A DNA stretch of 64,000 nt from Blastomonas sp. (lineage in GTDB: Bacteria; Pseudomonadota; Alphaproteobacteria; Sphingomonadales; Sphingomonadaceae), in assembly GCA_046291395.1 (NCBI GenBank), contig JBKBTF010000009.1, positions 3,234-67,233 of the forward strand. Direction: 5' to 3'. Shown here one piece after another: positions 29,423-39,359 of this stretch. Numbering within the stretch: position 1 is the first letter of the stretch; the number at the start of each line of letters is the position of its first letter. The position numbers were made by a program, and so were the translations under genes. The notes below the pieces were generated by a model, which made no database searches, had not been told where the DNA came from, and was given only the letters and a program-made list of their open reading frames with translations.

Positions 29423-31141
29423 TCAGGCGGTGATTCCCTCGGCCTGGCGCAGCGCCTTGCGGTCGAGCTTGCCGATCAAGGTCTTGGGGAGCGCCTCGCG
29501 GATATCGACCGCCGCCACGCGTTCGTGCTTGCCGAGTTGCGGGTTGAGCCACGCCATCAGCGCAGGACCGTCGACACCGGCATCGTCCTGCAGCGCCACG
29601 AATGCCTTGGGGCTTTCGCCGCGATAGGGATCGGGAATTCCGATCACCAGAGCCTCCTTGACCGCCGGGTGCCGGTACAGCACTTCCTCGATCTGGCTGG
29701 GGAAGACCTTGAAGCCGCCCACCGCGATCATGTCCTTGATGCGGTCGACGATGCGGATATAGCCGTCTTCGTCGATCATGCCGACATCGCCGGTGCGAAG
29801 ATATTTCCCGAGGAACACCTCCTCATCGGCCTCCGGCCGGTTCCAGTAGCCGCACATCACCTGCGGCCCGGCAAAGATGATCTCGCCCGGTTCGCCCGGC
29901 GCGACGTCCCTGGTGGGGTCTTCCTTGTCGACCAGCCGCACCATGGTGCCGGGCAGGGGCTGGCCGATGGTGCCGGTCTTGTTGAGCCCCTCATAGGGGT
30001 TGGTCGAGACCACCCCGCTGCTTTCGGTCAGGCCATAGCCTTCGACCACGTTGGCGCCGGTGACCTGTTCGAACCGTGCCTTCACCTCGGCAGCGAGCGG
30101 CGCGCCTCCCGAAATGCAGGCGCGCAAGGATGTAAAATCGGTATGGGCGATCTGTGGGTTGTCGAGCAGTGCCTGATACATCGTCGGCACGCCGGGCAAT
30201 GCGGTGATCCTGGTGCGGCTGATCGCCTTCAGCGCCGCCACCGCCTCGAAGCGCGGCAGCATCACGATCTCGCCGCCGTTCAACACGGTGCGGTTGAGCA
30301 CGCAGGTGTTGGCGAAGACATGGAAGAACGGCAGCACGCCGAGGATGCGATCATCCGACGCGTCCTTGCGCGGATCGATGGCGTTGACCTGCCGGGCGTT
30401 GGCCGAAAGGTTCTGGTGGCTGAGCATCGCGCCCTTGGGCGTGCCGGTGGTGCCGCCGGTGTACTGGAACAGCGCGATGTCGCGCTCCGCATCGATCGGC
30501 ACCGGCGCGAATTCGCCGTCATTGGCGATCAGCGCGGAAAAGCTGGTGATACGCGGGTCGTCGGGTCGCTCGGCGGTCTCCTTGCCCTTGAACATTCGGT
30601 AGAGCAAGGCCTTGCCCGGTGGCAGCGCGCCCGCCACCGATCCCACGATCAGCCTTTCCAGCCCCGACTGTTCGAGCACCCTGACCGCAGTGGGCAGCAA
30701 GGCGGCAGCCGACAGCGTGAACAGGATCGTGGTGCCGCTGTCGGCGACCTGGTGCGCCAGCTCATCCACCGTATAGAGCGGCGAGAAATTGACCACCGTC
30801 GCGCCGGCGGCCATCGCGCCATAATAGGCTGCAACATAATGCGGCACATTGGGCAGGAACAGGCCGATCCGGTCGCCCTTGCCCACGCCCAGCGCCTGAA
30901 GCCCCTTGGCGACACGGCACACGCCATTGGCGGTTTCGGCATAGCTGTATTTGCGACCCATGAAGTCGAGCAGCGGCGCCGTTCCCTTGCGCCCTGCGGA
31001 GCGGAAGAACATGTCGGGCAGCGACAGCGGGGGGAACGCCTGGTCCCATGCGGAGGGGTGATTATAGTGCGTTGCCCAGACCGGCACGCCATCGGCGGAC
31101 ATCGGGGAGACGGATCGGGCGGATGCGGAAATTTCGGTCAT
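29423..31141 (-). CDS. Long-chain fatty acid-CoA ligase
   Basis: QYTGGTTGTPKG, EGYGLTE, TGDVG, DRIKD, LPKTLIGK. Confidence 0.93.
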   Translation of the reverse strand: MTEISASARSVSPMSADGVPVWATHYNHPSAWDQAFPPLSLPDMFFRSAGRKGTAPLLDFMGRKYSYAETANGVCRVAKGLQALGVGKGDRIGLFLPNVPHYVAAYYGAMAAGATVVNFSPLYTVDELAHQVADSGTTILFTLSAAALLPTAVRVLEQSGLERLIVGSVAGALPPGKALLYRMFKGKETAERPDDPRITSFSALIANDGEFAPVPIDAERDIALFQYTGGTTGTPKGAMLSHQNLSANARQVNAIDPRKDASDDRILGVLPFFHVFANTCVLNRTVLNGGEIVMLPRFEAVAALKAISRTRITALPGVPTMYQALLDNPQIAHTDFTSLRACISGGAPLAAEVKARFEQVTGANVVEGYGLTESSGVVSTNPYEGLNKTGTIGQPLPGTMVRLVDKEDPTRDVAPGEPGEIIFAGPQVMCGYWNRPEADEEVFLGKYLRTGDVGMIDEDGYIRIVDRIKDMIAVGGFKVFPSQIEEVLYRHPAVKEALVIGIPDPYRGESPKAFVALQDDAGVDGPALMAWLNPQLGKHERVAAVDIREALPKTLIGKLDRKALRQAEGITA

Positions 31142-31288
31142 TGACACCACTGTAAATAAGAGCCCCTTGCCACGCAAGCCGCTCGCCATTCAGACTGTCG
31201 CAGCCTAGCGATAGTTTGCATCGATCACCATCGCAACAGGCCGATAGCTGCTTGCATCACGGGCTGCCTGCGCTAAGCGCTTTGCCCC

Positions 31289-31984
31289 ATGACTGCATAT
31301 AAACCCGGTGACCCCGTATCGGTGCGGCGGCTCTATGGCCGCCAGCAGAACCACAAATTGCGCCTGGGCCAGGCCGAACTGGTCGAAACGCTGCTGCCGC
31401 AGATCAGCGTGCCCGAAGAGGGTGACATTACCGCCGAACGGTTGTTCGGCAGCGAGCGCCCGCTGCATTTCGAGATCGGCTTCGGCTCGGGCGAGCACAT
31501 GGCCTACCGCGCCGACATGCTGCCCGATCACGGCTTCATCGGCGCGGAGCCCTTTCTCAACGGCGTCGTCGGAGCGCTGCAGCACGTGCGCGAGAATGCG
31601 CTTCCCAACATCCGGCTCTACATGGGCAACGCAATCGACGTGCTCGAGCGGATGCCCGACGGGTCGTTGAGCTTCGTCTATCTGCTCCACCCCGATCCGT
31701 GGCCCAAGGCGCGCCACGCCAAAAGGCGGATGATGAACCCCGGCCCGGTCGATCTGATCGCTGCCAAGCTCAAGCCGGGCGGCGAGTTCCGCTTCGGCAC
31801 CGATCACCCGATCTATGTCGCGCACGCGATGATGGTGATGAACGGCCACCCCTCGTTCGAATGGCTCTGCCAGAGCCCGAAGGACTTCCTCGTTCGCCCG
31901 GGCGGCTGGCCCGAAACCCGCTATGAGGCCAAGGCGCGCGCGCAGGGCCATGAGGTGTGGTACTTCCGTTACCGGCGTATTTGA
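31289..31984 (+). CDS. trmB: tRNA (guanine-N7)-methyltransferase
   Basis: EIGFGSGE, PDPWPKARHAKRR, GTD, TRYEAK. Confidence 0.95.
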   Translation: MTAYKPGDPVSVRRLYGRQQNHKLRLGQAELVETLLPQISVPEEGDITAERLFGSERPLHFEIGFGSGEHMAYRADMLPDHGFIGAEPFLNGVVGALQHVRENALPNIRLYMGNAIDVLERMPDGSLSFVYLLHPDPWPKARHAKRRMMNPGPVDLIAAKLKPGGEFRFGTDHPIYVAHAMMVMNGHPSFEWLCQSPKDFLVRPGGWPETRYEAKARAQGHEVWYFRYRRI

Positions 31985-32086
31985 GGCGTCGCCCTGCGCG
32001 GTGACGCTCCAGGGATGACCCGAGGACCACGCGCCGGCGGCTCTGGAGAGCCTGAAAAGCCCTTTACGGGGTTGAGATGGCGCCAG

Positions 32087-32644
32087 ATGCCCCCTAGTCC
32101 TAGACGGCTGCGACAAACGGCAATTGGGCCTGCTGGATTGGGAGCGTTCAGGATTACGGTCATTAAACGCACGGTAGCTCTGGCTGGCATGTGGCTGGTA
32201 ATTGCCGGAACCGGACTGGAAGCTCTGGTGGTGGGAATGATGTTCGTTCCCCTCGCGGTGGTGCTCAGCTTGCGGCTGGTCCCTGGCGGCATACCGGTGA
32301 AGTTCGGCTCGGTCGCCGCGCTGCTGCCACGTTTCATAGCCCGGTCGGTCATTGGCGGCATCGACGTGGCGCGGCGCGCATTCGATCCGCGCCTGCCGAT
32401 CGATCCGGGCTGGATCGAGGTTCCCGTCGCCCTGCCCGATGGTGGCCGCGTCGCACTCGGCGGCGAATTGTCGCTGATGCCAGGCACGCTTGCCGCCGGC
32501 AGCGTCGGGGACCGGTTGCTGGTGCATGTGCTCGACCGCAAGCAGGATGTCGAGACCGCCATCCGCGATGAAGAGCACCGACTTTGGCAGGCGACTGGCT
32601 CGCACGGGGGCGGCCCGCGAAAAGACCCGATGGCCGGACCATGA
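32087..32644 (+). CDS. mrpE: Mrp/Mnh antiporter subunit E
   Basis: GGIDVARRAFDPRLPIDPG…SLMPGTL…LLVHVLD. Start uncertain. Confidence 0.85.
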   Translation: MPPSPRRLRQTAIGPAGLGAFRITVIKRTVALAGMWLVIAGTGLEALVVGMMFVPLAVVLSLRLVPGGIPVKFGSVAALLPRFIARSVIGGIDVARRAFDPRLPIDPGWIEVPVALPDGGRVALGGELSLMPGTLAAGSVGDRLLVHVLDRKQDVETAIRDEEHRLWQATGSHGGGPRKDPMAGP

Positions 32645-32982
32645 GCACCTGGTTGCTGGCGTTCGCCACCGTGCTGCTGCTCAGCCTGGCTGGCGCGCTT
32701 TGGCGCATATGGCGCGGGCCAGATCCGGCCGATCGCATGATGGCGGCGCAACTTGTCGGCACGGGCGGGGTCGGCGTGGTGTTGCTGCTGGCCGCGGCGA
32801 GTGACTGGCAGATGCTGGACGTCGCGCTGGTATTGTCGCTGCTGGCTGCATTCGCGGCCATTGCGTTCGTCAAGGCGCAGAGCCTCGATGGCAGCGGTGA
32901 CCCAGAGGAGGAGCCGGTGTCGCCTGTCGATCGTAATGACCACACCGGCAACCAGGCCAGGCGAGAACCCGATGCCCGCTGA
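32641..32982 (+). CDS. mrpF: Mrp/Mnh antiporter subunit F
   Basis: RIWRGPDPADR…LDVALV; ATGA coupling. Confidence 0.88.
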   Translation: MSTWLLAFATVLLLSLAGALWRIWRGPDPADRMMAAQLVGTGGVGVVLLLAAASDWQMLDVALVLSLLAAFAAIAFVKAQSLDGSGDPEEEPVSPVDRNDHTGNQARREPDAR

Positions 32983-33259
32983 TATCGTCACCATCATCTT
33001 CTGCATTGCGGGCCTGTTCTTCTTCTTTGCCGGAACCGCCGGCATCATCCGCTTTCCCGATACGCTCACGCGCCTGCATGCGCTGACGAAGGCGGACAAT
33101 GTCGGCCTGGGTCTGCTTATCACCGGCCTTGCGTTCCAGGCACCCGATTGGCAGTCGGTGGCCAAGCTGCTGCTGATCTGGGCCATGGCACTGATCGCAG
33201 CCGGCACTACCGCGCAGCTTGTCGCCCGGTCGGCCTTGCAGCGGGACAGGCCGCAGTGA
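32972..33259 (+). CDS. mrpG: Mrp/Mnh antiporter subunit G
   Basis: GIIRFPDTLTRLHALTKADNVG. Confidence 0.9.
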   Translation: MPADIVTIIFCIAGLFFFFAGTAGIIRFPDTLTRLHALTKADNVGLGLLITGLAFQAPDWQSVAKLLLIWAMALIAAGTTAQLVARSALQRDRPQ

Positions 33260-34263
33260 CGGACATCACCGCGCCGGACATGGCCATGACGGGTTTCGAT
33301 CTCGTGCTTGCGGCGCTGATCGTGGGGACCGGCCTGTTTGCGGTGACGGTGCGCGACCTGTTCGGTGCGGTCGTCTTCTTCATCGTCTACGGGGTTTTCA
33401 TCGCGTTGGCCTGGCTGCGGCTGGGAGCCATGGATGTGGCACTGACCGAAGCGGCGCTGGGTGCCGGGCTGACCGGAGTGCTGCTGATCGGCGCGGTCGC
33501 CCGTCTTGCGCGCAGAACCGGCAAGGACGGTACCGATGCGCTATCGCGCGACGGGGTCGTATCTGCCCTTTCGGTATCAGGCATCGCAGCGATGCTCGTA
33601 TCTGCAGCGATCAGCCTGGCACTCGGCCGGGCCTTCCTGTCGCTGTCGCCCCCAGATGGCCTGCGCGCCAGCGTGGACGAAAATCTCGATGCTTCGGGCG
33701 TGTCGAACCCGGTGACGGCCGTGCTGATCAATTTTCGCGGATGGGATACGCTGCTGGAGAGCATCGTCCTGCTGGCGGCCCTGATCGGATTGTGGTCGCT
33801 GTGGCGCGACGATGACTGGGGGCGCAGACCCGGAGTTCGACAGCATGCGCGCGCCAACGGCGTGCTGGCGACATTCGGCCGGCTGTTGCCGCCTTTCGGG
33901 CTTTTGCTCGGCGTGTATCTGGTGTGGGTCGGCTCGTCGCTGCCCGGCGGCGCGTTCCAGGGCGGAACGGTGCTCGCGGCGGTGTGGTTGCTGATCATGA
34001 TGGCAGGGCTGATGCCGCCGCCTGCGGTCACGTCGGCGCGGATGCGGGCGGCCCTGTTGACCGGGCCCGCGGTGTTCCTGGGTGTCGGCATCATCGGCGC
34101 GTTTACCGGCAGCTTCCTCGGCCTGCCCCCGGCCTATGCCAAGCCGTTGATCCTGATGATCGAGGCGGCGCTGACGCTTTCGATCGCAGCAACGCTGGCG
34201 CTGCTCGTGCTCGGACCGCCCGGCCGGCCCGATTCGCCGTCCGGTCCGGGGAGTGGGCCATGA
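33256..34263 (+). CDS. mrpB: Mrp/Mnh antiporter subunit B (DUF4040 plus MnhB fusion)
   Basis: AMDVALTEAALGAG, NPVTAVLINFRGWDTLLE, PGGAFQGG; GTG start overlaps the mrpG stop. Confidence 0.88.
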   Translation: MTDITAPDMAMTGFDLVLAALIVGTGLFAVTVRDLFGAVVFFIVYGVFIALAWLRLGAMDVALTEAALGAGLTGVLLIGAVARLARRTGKDGTDALSRDGVVSALSVSGIAAMLVSAAISLALGRAFLSLSPPDGLRASVDENLDASGVSNPVTAVLINFRGWDTLLESIVLLAALIGLWSLWRDDDWGRRPGVRQHARANGVLATFGRLLPPFGLLLGVYLVWVGSSLPGGAFQGGTVLAAVWLLIMMAGLMPPPAVTSARMRAALLTGPAVFLGVGIIGAFTGSFLGLPPAYAKPLILMIEAALTLSIAATLALLVLGPPGRPDSPSGPGSGP

Positions 34264-34595
34264 TTGCATCGTCGAGCGTCTTCGGCCTGTGCGGGGCCGT
34301 TCTGATCGGGGTGGGGCTGTACGGTTTCATCACCCATGCGCATCTGCTGCGCCGGCTGCTGGCCTTCAACGTCATCGGATCGGGCATCTTCCTGCTGTTC
34401 GGGGCGACGGCTGCCCGCCTGCCATCGGCGATGACCGATCCGGTCCCTCAGGCTCTGATCATCACCGGCATTGTCGTTGCGCTGGCGGCGACTGCGCTCG
34501 GCGTCGGGCTGGTGCTGGCCTATGCGCGCGCCACCGGTCGCACCACGCTGCCCGAGGATACTGCACCCGTCGAGCCGGAGCAGCCGCCAAGATGA
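34260..34595 (+). CDS. mrpC: Mrp/Mnh antiporter subunit C
   Basis: DPVPQALIITGIVV. Confidence 0.92.
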   Translation: MIASSSVFGLCGAVLIGVGLYGFITHAHLLRRLLAFNVIGSGIFLLFGATAARLPSAMTDPVPQALIITGIVVALAATALGVGLVLAYARATGRTTLPEDTAPVEPEQPPR

Positions 34596-36082
34596 GCGAA
34601 TCGCTCGTCATCGTCGCTCTGGTGACAGTGCCGCTCGCAGCCGCACTGATCGCGGTCATCCTGCCTCGACGGGGATCGTCGCTGTCGCTGCTGGTGGTCG
34701 CCGGAAATGCGGCAGCGCTGGCGGTGCTGATCCGCGCTGTCGTCAGCCAGGGGCCGCTGACGCTGGCGATCGGCGGCTGGCAGGCGCCCTTGGGAATCAC
34801 GTTGCGCGCCGACGGAATGGCGCTTGCCTTCCTCACGATGGCGACGCTGGTGATGGCCGCGGTGCTGGTCAGTGCGCGTGCCGAGTTTGGCGGCGGCGAG
34901 GCGACCGAGACGCGGCGGCAATGGGCGTTCTGGCCGCTGGCGCTGCTGCTGTGGGGCGCGATGAACGTCGTGTTCCTCTCGCGCGATCTGTTCAACCTCT
35001 ATGTCGCGCTCGAGCTGCTGACGGTGGCAGCGGTGGCGCTGGTCGCGATCGACGGCAAGGCCGACGCGCTGGGTGCGGCCTTGCGGTATCTGATGTTCGC
35101 GCTGCTGGGCTCGCTGGCCTATCTGCTCGGCGCGGCCTTGCTGTATGCGCAGTACGGCACGCTCGATATCACGTTGCTCGCCCGGAGCGAGATCACCGGA
35201 GAAGCCGCGGTCGACCTCATGGCTGTTGGGCTGATGACCGCGGGCCTTGCGGCAAAGACCGCATTGTTTCCTTTTCACGCCTGGCTACCGCCAGCGCATT
35301 CGGGGGCACCGGCGCCTGCATCGGCGCTGCTCTCGGCACTGGTGCCAAAGGCCTCGTTCGCGATCCTGATCCGCATCTGGTTCGAAGCCCTGCCCGGTCT
35401 TGCCACCCCGCCACTGCTGGCGACACTGGGCACGCTGGGCGCCATTGCGATCGTTTACGGATCGGTGCTCGCGCTGCGCCAGACGCGATTGAAGCTGATG
35501 ATCGCTTATTCGACCGTCGCACAGATCGGCTATCTGTTTCTCGTCTTCCCGCTGGCAGGCGGCGATTCCTATATGCAGCCATGGGCCGCCGGCGCCTGGA
35601 CCGGCGCGATGTTTCATGCGCTCAGCCATGGGCTCGCCAAGGCGGCGATGTTCCTGTGTGCGGGCCTGTGGATCGTGGCGGCGGGCAGCGACCGGATCGA
35701 TGCGATGCGCGGGCTGGCATCGGCCACGCCGATGATCGCCTCGGCCTTTGCACTGGCTGCGGTGACGCTGGTCGGGTTGCCGCCTTCGGGGGGTTTCACT
35801 GCCAAATACCTCATGCTGACATCGGCGTTCGTTTCGGGGCAGCTTGCATGGGCCGCGGTGCTGCTGATCGGCGGGCTGCTTTCGGCGGCATATCTGTACC
35901 GCCCGCTCGCCAGCGCGTTCGCGCGCGATGACGAGGCGGTGTTCACGCCGGTTCCCCGCCTGGCGCAGGCCATGCCGCTGGTACTGGCGCTCGCCGCGAT
36001 CCTGCTGGGCCTCGCATCGCAGGGGCCTTTCGCGCTGATGCAGATCGGCCTTCCATCCAGCGCATCGGCGGGGCTGCAATGA
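34592..36082 (+). CDS. Mrp/Mnh antiporter subunit D-like (1)
   Basis: IGGWQAPLGI, DLFNLYVALEL, KTALFPFHAWLP, HGLAKA, GLPPSGGFTAK. Confidence 0.9.
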   Translation: MSESLVIVALVTVPLAAALIAVILPRRGSSLSLLVVAGNAAALAVLIRAVVSQGPLTLAIGGWQAPLGITLRADGMALAFLTMATLVMAAVLVSARAEFGGGEATETRRQWAFWPLALLLWGAMNVVFLSRDLFNLYVALELLTVAAVALVAIDGKADALGAALRYLMFALLGSLAYLLGAALLYAQYGTLDITLLARSEITGEAAVDLMAVGLMTAGLAAKTALFPFHAWLPPAHSGAPAPASALLSALVPKASFAILIRIWFEALPGLATPPLLATLGTLGAIAIVYGSVLALRQTRLKLMIAYSTVAQIGYLFLVFPLAGGDSYMQPWAAGAWTGAMFHALSHGLAKAAMFLCAGLWIVAAGSDRIDAMRGLASATPMIASAFALAAVTLVGLPPSGGFTAKYLMLTSAFVSGQLAWAAVLLIGGLLSAAYLYRPLASAFARDDEAVFTPVPRLAQAMPLVLALAAILLGLASQGPFALMQIGLPSSASAGLQ

Positions 36083-37554
36083 CCGCGGCGCTTCCTGTCT
36101 GGATCCTGCTGACCTCGCTGGTGCCGGCGTTCGTCACCTTCTTCATGCCCCAGGACCGCCATGGGTTGCGCAACCTGCTCAACCTGGGCGGGGCGGCGCT
36201 CAAGCTCGGGCTGATCGTCTTCATGATCCTGGAGGTTGCGCAAGGGACGATCTACGAGACCCGGGTGAGTTTTGCGCCGGGTCTGTACCTGCTGCTGCGC
36301 GTCGACGCCCTGTCGCTGCTGTTCGTCTCGCTGTCGGCCCTGCTGTGGCTGCTGACGACGATCTATGCGATCGCCTATCTCGGCAACAAGCCTGAATTGT
36401 CCCGCTTTTTCGGCTTCTTCAGCCTGTGCGTCGCCGCAACCACGGGGATCGCGCTTTCGGGAACGCTGATCTCCTTCTTCATCTTCTTCGAGCTGCTCAC
36501 GCTGTCGACCTGGCCGCTGGTGGTTCACAAGCAGAATGACAAATCGATTGCGGCCGGGCGCAGCTATCTTGCCTATGCCCTGCCGGCGAGCGCGATGCTG
36601 CTGATCGCGATCATATGGCTCGAAAGCGCGGTCGGCCCGGTTGAATTCGCGACGCCCGCCGATCTGGACAGGCTCGATGACACCAGCCTGCGGATGATCT
36701 TTGCGCTGTTCATCGCCGGGCTGGGGGTCAAGGCGGCGCTGGTACCGCTGCACGGCTGGCTTCCCGCCGCGATGGCCGCGCCCGCGCCGGTCAGCGCCCT
36801 GCTGCATGCGGTCGCGGTTGTGAAGGCCGGTGCCTTCGGGGTCATGCGGATCGTGCTCGACGTGTTCGGGCTCGAACGGGTGGTGACGCTGGGCGTAGGT
36901 CTGCCGCTCGCGGCGCTGGCGGCGCTCACCATATTGTGGGGATCGGCGCGGGCGCTGCAGCAGCAGGAGATCAAGAAACGCCTGGCGTTCTCGACGGTCA
37001 GCCAGGTGTCCTACATCATCCTGGGGATTGCGCTGGCATCGCCCTTTGCGGTCATCGGCGGACTGGTGCATCTGGTCCACCAGGGTCTGATGAAGATAAC
37101 GCTGTTCTTTTGTGCCGGCATCTTCGACGAGCGCGCAGGGATCACCCGGGTCGATGCGCTCGACGGCATCGGACGGCAGATGCCCTGGACATCGGTTTGC
37201 TTCTCGATCGGCGCGTTCGGGATGATCGGCTTGCCCCCCACCGCCGGATTCATCTCCAAGATCTATCTCGGGATCGGCGCACTACAGGCGGATGCGCCCT
37301 GGGTGCTGGCGGTACTGGCTGCATCGACCCTGCTCAACGCGGCCTATTTCCTGCCATTGGTCTATCGCATCTGGTTCGGCGCTGGCGGGACGCGGGCGCT
37401 CGCGGGCGATGCGCCCACCGAACGCCCACTGGGCCTGATCGCGCCTCCGGTGATCACTGCGGCGGCATCCGTGGCGGTGGCGCTGCTGGCCGCCTCGGCG
37501 TTCAGTCCGCTCGGCTGGGCAACGCTGATCGCGACGCGGGGTTATCTGCCATGA
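36079..37554 (+). CDS. Mrp/Mnh antiporter subunit D-like (2)
   Basis: FIFFELL, KAALVPLHGWLP, APVSALLHAVAVVKAG, HQGLMK, GFISK. Confidence 0.9.
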   Translation: MTAALPVWILLTSLVPAFVTFFMPQDRHGLRNLLNLGGAALKLGLIVFMILEVAQGTIYETRVSFAPGLYLLLRVDALSLLFVSLSALLWLLTTIYAIAYLGNKPELSRFFGFFSLCVAATTGIALSGTLISFFIFFELLTLSTWPLVVHKQNDKSIAAGRSYLAYALPASAMLLIAIIWLESAVGPVEFATPADLDRLDDTSLRMIFALFIAGLGVKAALVPLHGWLPAAMAAPAPVSALLHAVAVVKAGAFGVMRIVLDVFGLERVVTLGVGLPLAALAALTILWGSARALQQQEIKKRLAFSTVSQVSYIILGIALASPFAVIGGLVHLVHQGLMKITLFFCAGIFDERAGITRVDALDGIGRQMPWTSVCFSIGAFGMIGLPPTAGFISKIYLGIGALQADAPWVLAVLAASTLLNAAYFLPLVYRIWFGAGGTRALAGDAPTERPLGLIAPPVITAAASVAVALLAASAFSPLGWATLIATRGYLP

Positions 37555-39266
37555 TCGCTGCAAGCGGTCCTATGCTGCCGCTGGTGGCTTTGATCTGGCC
37601 GCTGCTGCTCGGCCTGGTGGCAATGCTGCCGCCAGTTCGCGCGCGCTCGTTGCGCCTGCTGCTGCTGGCGCCCTTGCCCGCGATCGTTCTGGCATTCGCC
37701 GGAGCCCAGGAGGTCACGGTCGTCCCCGATCTGCTGCTGGGCGTGACATTGGGCTCCGAGCGGCCGGCGATGCTGCTGTTCTCGCTCACCGCGTGCCTGT
37801 GGTTCGCCGCGGCCGTGCATGCGCAAAAGTCGATGGAAGCAGCGGCCAACCCTTCGGTCTTCAGCAGCTTCTGGTGCCTGACGCTGGCGGGCAACCTGGG
37901 GGTATTCCTCGCGCAGGATGTCGCCACTTTCTATGTCGCGTTCGCGGCGGTGTCGCTGTCGGCCTATTTTCTGGTCGTGCACGAGGCGACGGCTGAAGCG
38001 CTGCGCGCCGGACGCATCTATATCGTGCTCGCCATTGTCGGCGAGGTCTGTCTGCTGGTCGCGTTCCTGATCGGGGCTGCGGCCGCGCAAAGCCTGATGA
38101 TCGCCGAAATTCGCATGGCGATGGCGGATGCCCCGCTCGCTGCCCTGGCGACGGCTCTGCTGGTGGCCGGGTTCGGGATCAAGGCCGGGCTGATGCCGCT
38201 GCACGTCTGGCTGCCGCTGGCGCACCCCGCCGCGCCCACGCCTGCATCGGCGGTGCTCTCGGGCGCCATCGTCAAGGCAGGGATCGTCGGGCTGATGCTG
38301 TTCCTGCCGGCCGCCGGCGATATCTCGACAATCGTGATCGCGCTCGGCTTTGCCACCGCCTTTGCCGGTGCGCTGGCGGGATTGCGCGTGCGGCAGCCCA
38401 AGGCGATCCTGGCGTATTCGACGATCAGCCAGATGGGGCTGCTGATTGCGCTGGTTGCCGCTGCGACCCGCAGCCCCGAAGGCAATATGGCGTATGCGGC
38501 CTATTATGGCTTTCATCACGGCCTGGCAAAAGGTGCGCTGTTCCTGGGAGTGGCGCTGGTGGCAGGCTCGCGCGGACGCTGGCGATCCGGGGCTTTGCTG
38601 CTGATGGCGGCGGTGACCCTTTCGGTCGCAGGGGCACCCCTGACCGGGGGAGGGCTCGCCAAGGCAGCCGCCAAGACCGGGCTTGGCGGGTGGGAGGCGC
38701 TCGCCCTGACGCTGTCGGCAGCCACAACGACGCTCGTGCTCGGCTGGTTTCTGGCACGGCTGGCGGCGAGTCCGGCGAAGAGAGCGCAAGGTGATTCCCC
38801 TGGGACGATGCACCCGCACCCGCTGATTGCGCTGCCGGTGGCCGCGCTGGCGCTTGCCGCTATCGTCTCGCCCTGGTGGCTGTGGAGCGCGTGGAGCGGC
38901 CAGCCCGCCGATTACCCGGTCCGCCTCGCCACGATCTGGTCGGCGTTCTGGCCCGTGGCGCTGGGGATGGGACTGATCGGAGCGATGGCATTGGCCCGCT
39001 GGCCCGCCGGCACGCTGGAGGCCGCCGATCCGCTGCGTGCCGCCAGGGTGGCAGGCCGCGCGTTCGCACCGCTCAAGAGCGTCCCTGCAGGGCTCGCGAA
39101 GTTGCGCGCCGCTAGTGCCGACCGGTCCCGTGCGACCGTGCACCAGATGGGCAGGGTGCTTGCAACGGGGGCCGAAACGCTCGAGCGGGCGCTGCTGCAA
39201 TGGCGGATCAGCGGCCTTGCGATCCTGGTGTCCGTACTCGCGATCTCCCTGCTGGCGACCGCTTGA
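37551..39266 (+). CDS. Mrp/complex I subunit 5-like proton-conducting subunit (3)
   Basis: KAGLMPLHVWLPLAHPAAP, SGAIVKAG, LAYSTISQMG, HHGLAKG; usual TM5 Glu replaced (FYVAFAAVS). Confidence 0.88.
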   Translation: MIAASGPMLPLVALIWPLLLGLVAMLPPVRARSLRLLLLAPLPAIVLAFAGAQEVTVVPDLLLGVTLGSERPAMLLFSLTACLWFAAAVHAQKSMEAAANPSVFSSFWCLTLAGNLGVFLAQDVATFYVAFAAVSLSAYFLVVHEATAEALRAGRIYIVLAIVGEVCLLVAFLIGAAAAQSLMIAEIRMAMADAPLAALATALLVAGFGIKAGLMPLHVWLPLAHPAAPTPASAVLSGAIVKAGIVGLMLFLPAAGDISTIVIALGFATAFAGALAGLRVRQPKAILAYSTISQMGLLIALVAAATRSPEGNMAYAAYYGFHHGLAKGALFLGVALVAGSRGRWRSGALLLMAAVTLSVAGAPLTGGGLAKAAAKTGLGGWEALALTLSAATTTLVLGWFLARLAASPAKRAQGDSPGTMHPHPLIALPVAALALAAIVSPWWLWSAWSGQPADYPVRLATIWSAFWPVALGMGLIGAMALARWPAGTLEAADPLRAARVAGRAFAPLKSVPAGLAKLRAASADRSRATVHQMGRVLATGAETLERALLQWRISGLAILVSVLAISLLATA

Positions 39267-39359
39267 GCCACCAGCCGCGGGCAAGGTCCCTCGCGCCGGG
39301 ACCGTTCTGCGGCCAGAAAAGCGCGCGTTCATGCCCGCAACCGGCGGGCCTTTCCAGAT

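Noticed and set aside
32039-32052. CTCTGGAGAG suggesting a glycine riboswitch before the mrp operon
   Set aside because: Only a short hairpin; the CCGAAG and CTCAGG elements do not follow.
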